The notes under the pieces: model-generated | Databases searched by the model: none | Seen by the model: the letters and a program-made list of their open reading frames with translations, nothing else | Told to the model about the DNA's origin: nothing | Shown here: positions 19,493 to 32,979 of the stretch, one piece after another | How positions within the stretch are numbered: the stretch's first letter is position 1 | How the letters are laid out: the number at the start of each line of letters is the position of its first letter | Origin: the human T2T-CHM13v2.0 reference genome, Homo sapiens | Direction: 5' to 3' (one strand) | Assembly (NCBI RefSeq): GCF_009914755.1 | Contig: NC_060926.1 | DNA length: 64,000 nucleotides | Made by a program: the position numbers and the translations under genes

Positions 19493-21787
19493 ACGTTAGC
19501 ACTCTCAGGATATTCATTTTGAGCTATTAGATAAAATCAATCAAGTGCTATTTTATTTTTAAACTTTGTTTTCCACTGTGTCAGAAGACAATTCCAAAAT
19601 TTATCTGATGGAGTATAAACAATTAAAATTATCATTTGATAAAAAAAAGTTGTAAATTTTAAATACATTTGGGTTCCAGTGGACAAACATACCATCATGT
19701 AATGAGATTTTACCGTGCAGCTAGTGTGTCCTTTACTCACCCCATGAGTTTGACAACACCTGCTCAGTGATATTGGTCCACTTACCATTTGTTATGAACC
19801 TGCAGCAATATCAAATTGCTATGAAAATTTTTAAATGTGTACCCACAATTAAACCTACCTGCTCTGGACCAGTGGTCAACCCTTCACCAACTGGCTGTAG
19901 TAAGATAACAACACTCTTAGCACAGCCCTTTCCTAGGAGACTATAAACGATGAGGAATAACTGTCAGTATTCAATGAGTGCTCCATAAATAGTTTCATTA
20001 TAATGAGAACAGTGTATATGTAATGGGATAGAAGTTGTTTCACATTTCTTTTGCAAAATGGCATGCTGGGATAAATGATAGTATGTGAGGCTTTGGGTTT
20101 TATTTTGATCTTATTGGACTCATGTTGGAAAAAAATAAACTCACTTGTTACATGAGATTCCAACACAGATATTTTAACCTGCTGTCTTTGTAACGTGTGA
20201 CAGTATAATATGTGGAAATGGGAGACTCATTAAATCAAGGTAAGCCATGGCCTTTCAGCAAGTTATCTAAGCCTCTTAAGGCTTGGTTTCTTCATTCAGA
20301 GTGAGGACATTAGTGCCATAGCTAGAAGCATAATACAAAGTAAGTGAGCAAAAATATGTAAAAAGTGAAGATAAAAGGTAAAAGTTAAAAAAAGAAAAGA
20401 AAAAAACTATAAATGAAAAGTCAAGGTCTGTAGCCTTGTGGATCTTCAAATGGTAGCGATTCATAGAACTGATGTTAGAGATGCTCTGAACACCTGACAT
20501 TTGTTAATAAATGCGCTGGGAGGTCTCATTCTCATAATATATGCAGGATATTGAAGAGGCAGTGAAAAGTCACTATTGTAGCCTGTATGAAAAACAAGAA
20601 ACATTATTGTAATATATCAATAATATTTACAGTAATTAGGGGAACCGTAAATAGGAAAACTAAACAAATACATCTTTGTTGTTTCTTGCTTGTTTGTTTG
20701 ACACTAATTTGTCATACTAGAATTATTGTCCATCAACTTCACTTGGTAGAGCTGCAGAAGTTGTTGTGTTTCTCAGTGCACAGGGAGCTACTTCTAACTC
20801 CAAAGACATCATTACCCTCCCTTTAGCCTATATTCAGCCCCCAGTCAAAATTATCTTATGTTTATCTTATTTTGTATCTTCGTGACCAAAATGTTATTTT
20901 TTATAATCATCAACCAAACTGATAGTTAAATAAAATAGAGTTGAATTTATATTCATGAGGCTCTTGAAGATAACACGTATTTTTCTTGCAACATAATTTA
21001 TAAAGATAAAACCTTGCATAGATTCTAGATGCACACAATTAGGTATATGGTCAAATAAATCAATTTGCATCTTTTTAATGGAATACTAAACAGCTGTAAA
21101 AATTAATATTTAAAGTATTAGTGACATTGAAATATGTGCAGATAATATATTAATTGAAAATAGCACAATATGGAATTATATATATAGTGTATTCACAATT
21201 GCATTACTTGCATATACACACAAGTATATGCAAAGAAAATAATACCTGAATTCAATATGCCAAAATATTAAATAATTTTCTGTTAGAGTGATTGAGTTGT
21301 TTTTATTTTTTCCCTTTCTGTCTATATTTTCCAAATTTTCAACAGGCATTCTGCTGTTTCCTACTATGGCAATTTTATGTACTAACTACGGATATTCAAA
21401 CTTTTGTTTGAAATTCAAACCTGACAAGTAAATGGTTACTAAAATTCTCATTATGGTAGATGCATTCAGCTAGACAAATATTAATTTTGTTATTCTGCCT
21501 GTGCCTTTTTTCTCAAAGATCTGTATGAAAAGGAGGTACAGAGAGGAGCGTGAGGTTACTGAACCTGGGAGAATGAGAATGTTCTTAGCACAGCAATGAC
21601 TATTAGACTTAAGAGGCATGGATTCTTATAACAGCAGTTTCACTTCCTTCTTTCCCAATAGATTGAGACATAATATTTCCTGTAGTTTATTATGTTCTTT
21701 TTTCTTCCACTAATCCAAACCTCTGCAACATGCAATTTATCTATATTACAAACCTAAATAGTACCCTAGCCCCCAAAGGGTTTTTTT

Positions 21788-22480
21788 AAAAAGTCAAAAA
21801 TAACAAATGTTGATGAGGCTGTGGAGAAAAGAGAATGCCTATATGGTGTTGCTGGAAATGTAAATTAGTTCAGCCACTATGGAAGGCAGTTTGAAGATTT
21901 CTCAAAGAACTTACAGCAGAACTAGCATTGGACTAGCAATCTTATTAATGGGTATATACCCAAAGGAAAATAAACTTTCTACCAAAAAGACCCATACATT
22001 TGCATGTTCTTTGCAGCACTATTCATAATAGCAAAGACCTGAAATCAACCTAGGTGCCCCAAAATGTAGGAGCGGATAAAGAAAATGTGGTACATATACA
22101 CCATGGAATACTGTGCAGCCATAAAAATGAACAAAAGCATGTATTTTGCAGCAACATGGATGCAGCAGGAAGCCATTATCCTGAGTGAATTAATGCAGAA
22201 ACAGAAAGCTAAATATCACACATTCTCACTTATAAGTGGGAGCTAAATCTTGAGGATGGGCAGACGTAACGACAGGAACAACAGGCATTAGTGACTCCAA
22301 AGGTGGGGAGCGGAGGAGGGGAACAAAGCCTGAAAAACTTCCTTTTGGGTACTACGTTCACTATCTGGGTAACTGGGATCAATGAAGTCCAAATCTCAGT
22401 ATCATACACTATACCTTGTAACAAATCCACACATATACCCCCAAATCTAAAATAAAGATTAAAATTTTAAAAATCAAATA
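21788..22480 (+). mobile_element. L1PA15-16/L1PB-like 3' fragment
   Basis: ORF2 C-terminal coding remnant (gaaaatgtggtacatatacaccatggaatac), 3'UTR, aataaa and A-rich tail. Confidence 0.88.
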
Positions 22481-25074
22481 AAAAGTAAAAACACATAGGA
22501 GGCTATTGAAATAATGACATACCTAGTTCCTGATTCACAGACCAGAGACTTGTAAATGAAATTTGGAATGTAAATCATTGTTATCAAGGCTGACTTTTCT
22601 TTTCAGAGTTATATATGACAAAGTATCTTCCTATCAAGAGTAGATAATTTCCTACTAAAACTAAACAAATGCTTAAAAAGCATACCATGAAGCATATTTA
22701 CTTCTCTCCAAATGACCAAAAATGTTTTATTTATTGCTATGTTGTTTGTAAAATTGTGCTTTTACCAAAGTTTAGATTAAATTTCATCTGTATTAAAACT
22801 GTTTGAAATCAATAAAATGGAAATATCTACTATAAAAAATCATACTGTGGCAATCTTACATACTAACTACGATATTCAAACTTTTGTTTGGAATTTAAAT
22901 CTAAATAGTTTTCTTCAAGAAAATATTTTTAAGATTTCAGTTTGTCTAAAAATGACAATACTTAAACTAAACACCAAGAGAGAGAAAAGGGATTTACTGA
23001 TAAAATTCAGTGTTAACATTTAGGAACAAAAAAGTATGTAAGAAAAAAATATATTTCTATCACCTAGGTATGCAATGATCAAAGTATTTAAAGAGAATTT
23101 GAAACACAAACTAAACTTTAGAATAAAGAAGCTAAATATTTATGTTACCACTTATTTCTTGAAATATAAAACTATATTTTGATTTTTAAAATAAGAAAAA
23201 AAAGCTTGGGGAAATGGGATGAAAGTTATGTTCAGAGTTCATCAACAAGCATTTATTGAGCTTCATATATGTGCTCTGCACAGAGCTTCATATATTCCAG
23301 ATGGAATCTGTTTACATTTGAAAAGTTTGTAGTAAAATATCTGGTGTCCTCATAGTCCTTTGATATTCTATACAATTGTTGGTCTTGGCCTTGATGGCCC
23401 AGGAAATCTGTTTGTCAATACAAATATAGAATAATAGATACATTGACATTGACATCTATCTTTCCATCTATATATCCATCTATCCTTTTATCTATCCAAC
23501 ATGTATTGAAAAGATTGAAGCACAGCCAAACATTTTTCTAGATACAAAGATATAAAGGTGAATAAACACAGTCCCTTTGATCAACGACATTATGAATATA
23601 AAGGGTTTTTTTCCTCATTGAGCGCAAATCTTTCCAGTTGTCTCAGGCTTAAAAGTAAAATTGTAATCAAAAGGCTGTGAATGGGACAGAAAGTAGACAT
23701 AACTGAAGAGTTGCAAGAAATACTCAGTCCAATTACGATGAAGTTTTATTAACCTTCTCCAAAATCAAAAACACATCTTCACATCCCACATCTCTCTCTT
23801 TACTATGATGCAGGGTACACATGGCACATTTTATTTTTTTGAGCTGCTGTGTACGCCCTGCCTCTGTTTTTATTTGATACAGTCTTCACTTACATATGGT
23901 AATGATCATGACTAATATATACATGTACCACTGACATGTTCAAAAAAAAAATATAATTATGGTACCCAGAGACTATAGAAACTAGATCAAAATAATAGGC
24001 CTAAAACAATTAGGTGAACAATAATTAGGTGATCCATTTCTGGGTAATTATTTTTTAAAAACAGATGTTGCAACTAGGAGAAATCGGTTTGAGTTAAGAA
24101 CGGTTGGAGTCGTCTTTATGGAAAAGATAAAATTCAGTCGCAGTCTAGAGGGCAGATGAGCCCAGGGGATGAATGAAGATATTGTTGGGAGAACAAGGAT
24201 GTGTTATGACAAAATCACAGAAATTAGCATGGTGTGTAAGTTTAACGGTAAGGAAAATGCTGTGTATGTGTGTTCGGGGCCTCTCTATGTATAAAAGTAA
24301 TGGAAAATAAAGTTGAGTAACTCAGTATTGGCATATGATTAGAATATGTATATTTGATCATTTTACTGTAATTGTTATACTTTGATCTCCTTTAGCAGAT
24401 TAACCCTTTATTAGCTCTTAATTTGAAACAGAAGAATTTAAAATTGCTCTGATAAATGTCAGCTATTTTGTGGGAATGGGAGTTGTTAGTAGTAGGAATT
24501 GAAGTGGGAGATATTAGTAATAGGAATTTACCTAATACGTGTTCAGTAAGTCAAAATTTGCATGTATGTTTCTACTTTTCTAGGACACTTCTACATATGC
24601 TATTTATTTGCATTTTTTTGAAAACCCTTCTTAGGGAGGCAGGATGGGCATTATTTTTGTTTTATACATGAGTAACTTGAGAAGCAGGTTTTTTCCACTT
24701 CTCTCAGATTCACTCAGTAATAAGTTCTGGCTAGAAGCCACATCTTTCATGTTTAATGTTTGGTGGAAACTAGAGTAGAGAAAACGTTTCAAGTGAATTT
24801 TTTTTATTATCATGAAACTAACATTTGACAGTGTTTATAAATTAATTTTTAAAACACGTAGATTTAAGGAAAACAATATTAAAGGAAAAGTAGATAAGAA
24901 TAAGGAAAGATTTTCTTTGTAATTGTATATGAATGTTTCCATTTTATTGGAGTGTTTAGATATTTTTAGAAAATGTAATTGTTCTTATATGATTGATTTT
25001 ACATGTAAAAAAAGAAGTCATTGCAGATAATCATAATAAGAAACTGAAACTTAGGACATATTTTCATTTTTTAA

Positions 25075-27930
25075 AAAAATGTATTCTTTCTTGTCAACTT
25101 TTATTTTAGATTCAGGGGTACATGTTGTTACCTGGGTATACCAGGTTGTTACCTGGGTGTGTTGTATGATGCTGAATTTTGCTGTATGATTGAATATGTC
25201 ACCCAGGTAATGAGCATAGTACCCAACAGATAGTTTTTCAAAGTTTGTCTCCCACATTCCCTCCCTACCCCCTCGTATTTTCACCAGTGTCTAACATTCC
25301 CATCTTTATGTCTATGGGTACCCAATGTTTAGTTCCCACTTTGCTTGTGGTATTTGGTTTTTTGTTTTGGTTTTTAGTTTTAGTTTTTTTGTTTCTGCAT
25401 TAATTAGCATAGGATAATGTCTCAAAATGCATCTATGTTGTTGTAAAATGACATAATTTGGCCTTTTTATGGCTGCATAGTATTCCATGGTATGTATGTA
25501 CCACATTTTCTTTATTTCTTTTTTTTTTCCTTTAAGTTCATGTGCAGAACGTGCAGGTTTGTTACATAGGTATACATGTGCCATGGTGGTTTACCGCACC
25601 TACTGATTTGTCCTCTAAGTTCCCTCCCCTCGCCCCCCACCCAACAATAGGCCCTGGTGTGTGTTGTTCCCCTCCCTGTGTCCATATGTTCTCATTGTTC
25701 AACTCCCACTTATGAGTGAGAACATGTGGTGTTTGGTTTTCTGTTCCTGTGTTAGTTTGCTGAGGATGATGGCTTCCAGCTTCATCCATGTCCCTGCAAA
25801 GCACATAATCTCATTCCTTTTTATGGTTGTGTAGCATTCCGTGGTATATATGTACCACATTTTCTTCATCCAGTCTATCACTGATGGGCATTGAGGTTGG
25901 TTCCATGACTTTGCTGTTGTAAATAGTGCTGCAATAAACATACGCTTGCATGTGTCTTTATAGTAGAATGATTTATAATCTTTTGGGTATATATCCAGTA
26001 ATGGGATTGCTGGGTCAAAGGTTATTTCTGGTTCTAGATCCTTGAGGAATTGCCATACTGTCTTCCACAATGGTGGAACTAATTTACATTCCCACCAACA
26101 GTGTAAGTAATTGTAAAAGTGTTCCTATTTCTCCACAGCCTCAGCAGCATCTATTGTTTCTTAACTTTTTAATAATTGCCATTCTGACTGGCATGGGATG
26201 GTATATCATTGTGGTTTTGATTTGCATTTCTCTAATGATCAGTAATGTTGACCTTTTTTTCATATGTTTGTTGGCCGTGTACATGTCTTCTTTCGAGAAG
26301 TGTCTGTTCTTAGCCTTTGCCCATTTTTGATGGGGTTGTTTTTTTCTTGTAAAGTTGTTTAAGTTCCTTGTAGATTCTGGATATTAGACCTTTGTCAGAT
26401 GGGTATATTGCAAAAATTGTCTCCCATTTTGAAGGTTGCCTGTTCACTCTGATGATGGTTTCTTTTGCTGTGCAGATTCTCTTTAGTTCAATTAGATCCC
26501 ATTTGTCAATTTTCCTTTTGTTGCAATTGCTTTTGGCATTTTTGGTATGAAGTCTTTGCCCATGCCTATGTCCTGAATGATACTGCCTAGGTTTTCGTCT
26601 AGGGTTTTTAGTATGTTGGGTTTTATATTTAAGTCTTAAATCCATCTTGAGTTAATTTTTGTTTAAGGTGTGAGGAAGGTGCCCAGTTTCAGCTTTCTGC
26701 ATATGGCTAGTCAGTTTTCACAGCAACATTTATTGAATAGGAGATCCTTTCCCCATTGCTTATTTTTGTCAGGTTTGTAAAAGATCAGATGGCTGTAGAT
26801 GTGTGGTGTTATTTCTGAAGTTTCTGTTCTGTTCCATTGGTCTATATGTCTGTTTTTGTAGCAGTACCATGCTGTTTTGGTGACTGTAGCCATGTAGTGT
26901 AGTTTGAAGTCAGGTAGTGTGATGCCTCCAGCTTTGTTCTTTTTGTTTAGGATTGTCTTGGCTATACAGGGTCTTCTTTGATTCCATATGAAATTTAAAG
27001 TCGTTTTTTCTTCTTCTGTGAAGAAAGTCAATGGTAGTTTGATGGGAATAGCATTGAATCTATAAATTACTTTGGGCAATATGGCCATTTTCACAATGTT
27101 GGTTCTTCCTGTCCATGAGCATGGAATGTTTTCCATTTGTTTGTGTCCTCTCTTATTTCCTTGAGCAGTGGTTTGTACTTCCCCTTGAGGAGCAACTTCA
27201 CATCCCTAGTTAGCTATATTCCTAGGTATTTTATTCTCTATATAGAAGTTGTGAATGGGAGTTTATTCATGATTTTGCCCTCTGCTTGTCTATTGTTGGT
27301 GTAAAGGAATGCTTGTGGTTTTTGCACATTGATTTTGTATCCTCAGACTTTGCTGAAGTTGCTTATCAGCTTAAGGGGTTTTGGGCTGAGATGATGGAGT
27401 TTTCTAAATGTAGATTCATGTTGTCTGCAAACAGACACAATTTGACTTCCTCTCTTCCTATTTGAATACCCTTACTTCTTTCTCTTGCCTGATTGCCCTG
27501 GCCAGTACTTCCAATACTATCTTGAATAGGGGTAGTGAGAGAGGGCATCCTTGTTTTTAACCAGTTTTCAAAGGGAATGCTTCCAGATTTTGCCCATTCA
27601 ATATGATATTGGCTAGGGGTTTGTCATAAATAGCTCTTATTATTTTGAGATATGTTGCATCAATAGCTGTTTTATTGAGAGTTTTTCTTTATCCAGTCCA
27701 CTGTTGGTAGGATCCTTGGTTGATTCCATGTCTTTGCTATTGTAAAGGGTGCTACAATGAACATATGGGTGTCTTCTTGGTAGAATGATTTATTTTCCTT
27801 TGGGTATATACCAAGTAATGGGATTGCTGGATTAAATGGTAGTTCTATTTTTAGTTATTTGAGAACTCTCCTAACTGCTTTCTATAGTGGCTGAACTAAT
27901 TTACATTATCACCAACAATGTTTAAGTGTT
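25075..27930 (-). mobile_element. Older L1 (L1PA15-16/L1PB-like) 3' end, split by a nested younger L1
   Basis: 3'UTR at 25075-25515 stops at ccacattttctttat and resumes at ttttctttatccagtcc (27683). Confidence 0.8.
25516..27682 (-). mobile_element. Nested 5'-truncated L1PA (about PA8)
   Basis: Own T tail, 3'UTR and ORF2 fragments (26711-27136, 25699-26070); 10-bp TSD ttttctttat at 25506-25515 and 27683-27692. Confidence 0.9.
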
Positions 27931-28136
27931 TTTGAACCATTGCCCCTTTCCTCTCTCCCATCTTTTGTATTATCCAGCATCTATTGTTCCCATCTTTATG
28001 TTCATGTGTACTCAATATATATTTCCCACTATAAGTGTGAAAATGCAGTATTTGATTTGTTCTTTCTTTATTAATTCTCTTAGGATTATGTCCTAATGGA
28101 TAATGGATAGTGACCTAATAGCCTAATGGATAATGG

Positions 28137-29953
28137 TCCAAGTTCAGAGTCTCATCTGAGACAAGGGAAATCCCTTCCACCTAGTGCCTGTAAAACCAGA
28201 ACAAGTTAGTTACTTCCAAGATACAATGGAGGTACAGGCATTGGTTAAATATACCCATTCCAAATGAGAGAAATTGGTCAAGGGCCTACAGGCCCCATAC
28301 AAGTCCGAAATTCAATAAGGCAGTCATAAACCTTAAAGTTCCAAAATGATCTCCTTTGAACCCATGTCTCACATCCAGGTAACACTGATGCAAGAGGTGG
28401 GCTTCCACAGACTTGGGCAGCGCCACTCCTGTGGCTTTGCAGGCTACAACCTCCCTCCTGGATGCTTTCATGGGCTGGTGTTGTGTGTGCAGCTTTTCCA
28501 GGTGCACAGTACAAGCCGTCAGTGGATCTAACATTCTAAGGTCTGGAGGATGGTGGGCCCCTTCTCACAACTCCACTAGGCAGTGCCCCAGTGGGGCCAC
28601 TATGTGGGGGCTCCTACTCCACATTTTCCTTCTGCTCTATCCTAGCAGAGGTTCTCTATGAGGACTCCACCCCTGCAGCAAACTTCTGCCCGGACATCTA
28701 GGCATTTCCATACATCCTCTGAAATCTAGGCAAAGTTTCCAAAACTCAATTTTTGTTTTCTGTGCACCCATAGGACCAACACCATGTGGAAGCTTCCAAG
28801 GCTAGGGATTTGTATCCTCTGAAGCAACATCTTGAGCTGTACCTTGGCCCCTTTTAGCTAGGTTTGAAGAGGCTGGGACACAGTACCGAGGCTATACACA
28901 GCAGGGGGGCCTTGGACCCGACCCAGGAAACCATTTTTTTCTCCTAGCCCTCTGTGCCTGCGATGGGAGGGGCTGCTGTGAAGGTCTCTGACATGCCCTG
29001 GAGACATTTTTTCCATTGTCTTGGTGATTAACATTGGGCCCCCTGTTGCTTATTCAAATTTCTGCAGCCTGCTTGAATTTCTCCCCAGAAAATGGGTTTT
29101 TCTTTTCTATCATATCATCAGGCTACAAATTCCCAGGCTTTTTTGTTTGCCTCCTCTTGAGCACTTTGTCACTTAGAAATTTCTGCTGCCAGATATGCTA
29201 AATTGTCTCACTCAAATTCAAAGTTTCACATGTCTCTAGGGCAGGGGCAAAATGCTGCCAGTCTCTTTGCTAAAGCAAGAGTGACCTTTACTCCAGTTCC
29301 CAACAAGTTTCTTGTCTCCATCTGAAACCACCTCAGCCTGGACTTCATTTTTTACATCACTATCAGCATTTTGGTCAAAGCCATTCAACAAATCTTTAGG
29401 GAGTTCCAAACTTTCTCACATCTGTCTGTCTTCTGAGCCCTCCAAGTCTCTGGGAAGTTCCAAACTTTCCCACATTTTCCTATCTTCTTCTGAGCCCTCC
29501 AGACTGTTTTAACCTGTGCCTGTTACCCAGTTTCAAAGTTGCTTCCACATTTTGGGTATCCTTATAGCAGCACCCCACTCTACCAGTACAAATTTACTGT
29601 ATAAGTCTGTTCTCACGCTGCTATGAAGAGATACCTGAGACTGAGTAATTTATAAAGAAAAGAGGTTTAATTGCCTCCTCACAGTTCAGCATGCCTGGGA
29701 AGGCCTCAGGCAACTTACAATTATGGTAGAAGGGGAAGCAAACATATCCTTCACATGGCAGTACCACGGAGAAGTGCTAAGCAAAAGAAGAAAAGCCCCT
29801 TATAGAACCTTCAAATCTCATGAGAACTCACTCACTATCACAAGAATAGCATGGATGTAACCACCCCCATGATTCAATTACCTCCCACCGGATCCCTCCC
29901 GTGGCACATGGAGATTATGGAAACTACAATTCAAGATGAGATTTCACTGGGGA
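28137..29953 (-). mobile_element. THE1C/D-like MaLR internal sequence (28137-29597) plus 5' LTR (29598-29953); 3' LTR absent
   Basis: MaLR-int sequence; int/LTR junction ccccactctaccagtacaaatttac|tgtataag; LTR lacks its outer terminus. Confidence 0.85.
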
Positions 29954-32850
29954 TGTTGTTGCATATGAGATGGGTTTCTTGAAGATAGCAGATGGTTGGG
30001 TCTAGCATTTCATCCAACTTGCCACACTGTAGCTTTCAAGTAGGGTGTTTAGATCATTTGCATTCATCGTTAATAGTGATATGTGAGAATTTGACCCTGT
30101 GATCATGTTATTACCTGGTTGTTTTGTGGACTCGATTGTGTAGTTGCTTTATAGAGTCTGTGAACTATGCATGTGTGTATGTTTTTGTGGAGGCAGGTAT
30201 TGTTCATTTGCAGGTTTAGAACTCCCTTAAAGACCTCTTGTAAGACTGTTTTGGTGATAATAAATTCCCTTAGTGTTTACTTCTCTGGAAAGGATTTTAT
30301 TTCTCCTTTGCTTATGAAGCTTAGTTTGACAGAAGATGAAATTATCTGAAATTTTTTTAATGATATGAAAATAGACCTACAATCTCTTTTTGTTTGTAAG
30401 GCTTCTGATGACAATCCTGCTGTTATTTTGATGGGGTTCTTTTTGTAATAGACCTCACCCTTTTCTTTAGCTGCCTTTAAGATTTTTTCTTTCACACTGA
30501 CTTTGGAAAATCTATTGAATATGTGCCTTAGAGATGGTCTTCTTATATCTCATAGGGGCTCAACATATTTCTTGAATTTGTGAGTTGACCTCTTTCATGA
30601 GATTGGGTAAATTTTTATGAAATGTATTCTCAAATTTGTTTTCCAAGTTGCTTACTCTCTTTCTCTCACAGGAATGCTATTGCATAATAGGCTTGGTTTA
30701 TTTACATAACCCTGTATTTCTTGGAGGTTTTCTTTCTTTAAAATTTTTTTTAATTTATATTTGTCTTACTGAATTGGTTAAAAGGACCAGTATTTTCATT
30801 CTGAGATTATTTCCTCAGCATTGTCTATTCTATTTTTAATGCTTCTAATTATATTTTTTAATTTCTCTAGTAAGTTTCTCAATTCCAGAAGTTCAGTTTT
30901 GTTTTTTCTTAAAATGCTTGTGTTGTCTTTCTACTCTTGGATTATTTTACTGCTGTCTCGGATTGGGTTTCAGCTTTCTCTTGAATCGCATTGAGCTTCC
31001 TTGTTACCAAGATTCTGAATTCTATGTCTGTCATTTCAGCCATTTCAATTTGGTAAGGATCCATTGCTGGAGTGCTAGTGTGATTGTTTTGAGGTGAGGA
31101 GATACTCTGACTTTTTGAATTGCCAAAGTCCTTGCACTGATTCCTTCTTATCTGAGACGGTTAGTGTTATTTCATCTTTCAGAAGTTGCTGTCATTTGGA
31201 TGAGGCATTTTGTTTTTATATTCTTTTTCTCTCTGGAGGGTGTGACTGTAGTGAATGTTTTGTATTGTTAATTGGCTTTGTTTCTGGGTGCTTTCAGAGG
31301 GTTAAGCCTCTGTACAGGTTATTTAATTATAGCTAGATCTCTACATTGTATTTCACAGGCAGTGTGTGGAAGGCATTTTTGTTTGGTGGTGTAATTCAGA
31401 CTGCGTTCCATTAGATGGCATTTAAGAATAAGAGTCAGCAGGTATGTTCTTATTCAACTGTGTGCCTTTTTTGTATTTCAGTGCATTTGTGTAGTGTTCC
31501 AGGTTGGAGGAGTTGGGGGGAATCAGGGGATGACTCTCTCACCAAGTTTTCATTCCTGGGACTTGGGGGAGCTCCCTGTAGTCTCTGGTGCTGTGCCCAC
31601 ATTTCTTTAGCTCCAAGGGAGGCCTAGGCTGGCAGTGCTGTTTCCTCCCATGGAGTGGCCTGAGCCAAAGGTTAGGTTGGCAGGAGACCCGTAGTCCCCT
31701 AGGGGCCTGCTATACCTCTGTACTTGACAGAGTCAGAGAGGGTTGTGGGGTATGTCTGCTGGTGGTCTGTTGATTCAGTCGGTCAGAGGTGGAGGATCCC
31801 AGGAAGGGCAGTGTTGCTGTGGGTGTGCAGCTGGTGTGGTACCCAGGGCCTAGAGTTTTTTGCCCAGAGATTGCTGTCTGGACTTCCCAGCTTGTGCTTG
31901 ACTGATCAGGTCTCCTTCCAGTGTCTGTCCCAGTACTAAGCTTGCCCAGCTAGTTTTGTCCCAAGCCTTTTGTTCTCCGATTGCTTGTCTGTTAGGTGCT
32001 GCAGGGCATGGAGCTCCCTCAGGCAGAGGCTGAGGATGGCAGATAGGCCACACCCTTCCTAGATTGGTCTTCCAGAGCATGGTATACCCAGCTGCTGTGC
32101 CATCCCATGATCCCACACCTCAGTCTTCTCTGTGGTCTGAGAGTGAGGGCTCCTCTCCTGCTTGAGCTCAAGATCTCAGCTCAATACCCCTGAGCCGTGT
32201 GTTCAAATTCTAGGGAGTTGAGACCAGGCATGCAGCTTTGTCCTTCTGCCCATCTGGGTCAGATACTACCTGTTCTGCGGGAGGGCAAAGCAATTCCAGA
32301 CTAATGGCGAGACACTCAGGTGGGGCAGTAGAGGTTGCATTGTCGGCATGCTCTTGATGGAGTGGTCAGGCAGGGGCTTTGAGGGTGGCCAATGGACAAG
32401 GGGATGTGCAGACCAGACATGCCCCTTTCCCATGGGAAAAACAGCCCTGTTTCCTGCACCCCCTCATGCAAAATCTTCTGAGTTCTTCTCAGATTTGAGC
32501 TCTGCCTCTGCTTACTCTCCAAGCAGTTCCCCTGCCGATTCAAATGTTTTTTGGGGTCACAGGATCTCTCATAGCTAGGATCTCAGAGGTCTGTGGCAGG
32601 AGTGTGGTGTCCCGCAGTTCCTTTATTCACTTCTTCCTTAGGACCTGTTAAGGGCTGAGAGCCAGTTCTGGTGCTCAGCAACTTTGTGCAGCTTCCTCCC
32701 TCTTCATCCTCAGTGTTTGTGTTGCCTCTCTGTGGACTTTCAGTTTTCTCCCAGAGGATCTGCTTGAGGTGTGATGGTTCACTGGATATTTTGGTTTCTC
32801 TTGGTTGGAGAGTTGCTTCTTGGCTGCATCTAGTCAGCTATGTTGGCCCC
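29954..32850 (-). mobile_element. 5' part of an older primate L1 (ORF2 start, ORF1 remnant, GC-richer 5'UTR)
   Basis: Minus ORF MKEKILKAAKEKG...KLSFISKGEIKSF is L1 ORF1-like; EN-start-like sequence at 29960-30110; ends at cagctatgttggcccc, a degenerate YY1-type L1 5' end. Confidence 0.78.
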
Positions 32851-32902
32851 CCAACTCCAAATTTTCATATTAACCTTTTAATTCAACTTGCTTTGTTTTT
32901 GC

Positions 32903-32979
32903 ATGTATGTTTGTGTGTGTATGTTTGTGTGTGTATGTTTTTGTGTGTATGTTTTGTGTGTATATTTGTGTGTTTGTGC
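32903..32979. repeat. Degenerate (TG)-rich repeat
   Basis: Read directly. Confidence 0.85.

Noticed and set aside
29390-29505. ~55-bp tandem duplication inside THE1-int
   Set aside because: I recall it from other THE1/MST internal copies, so it is probably a subfamily feature and not locus-specific (unverified).
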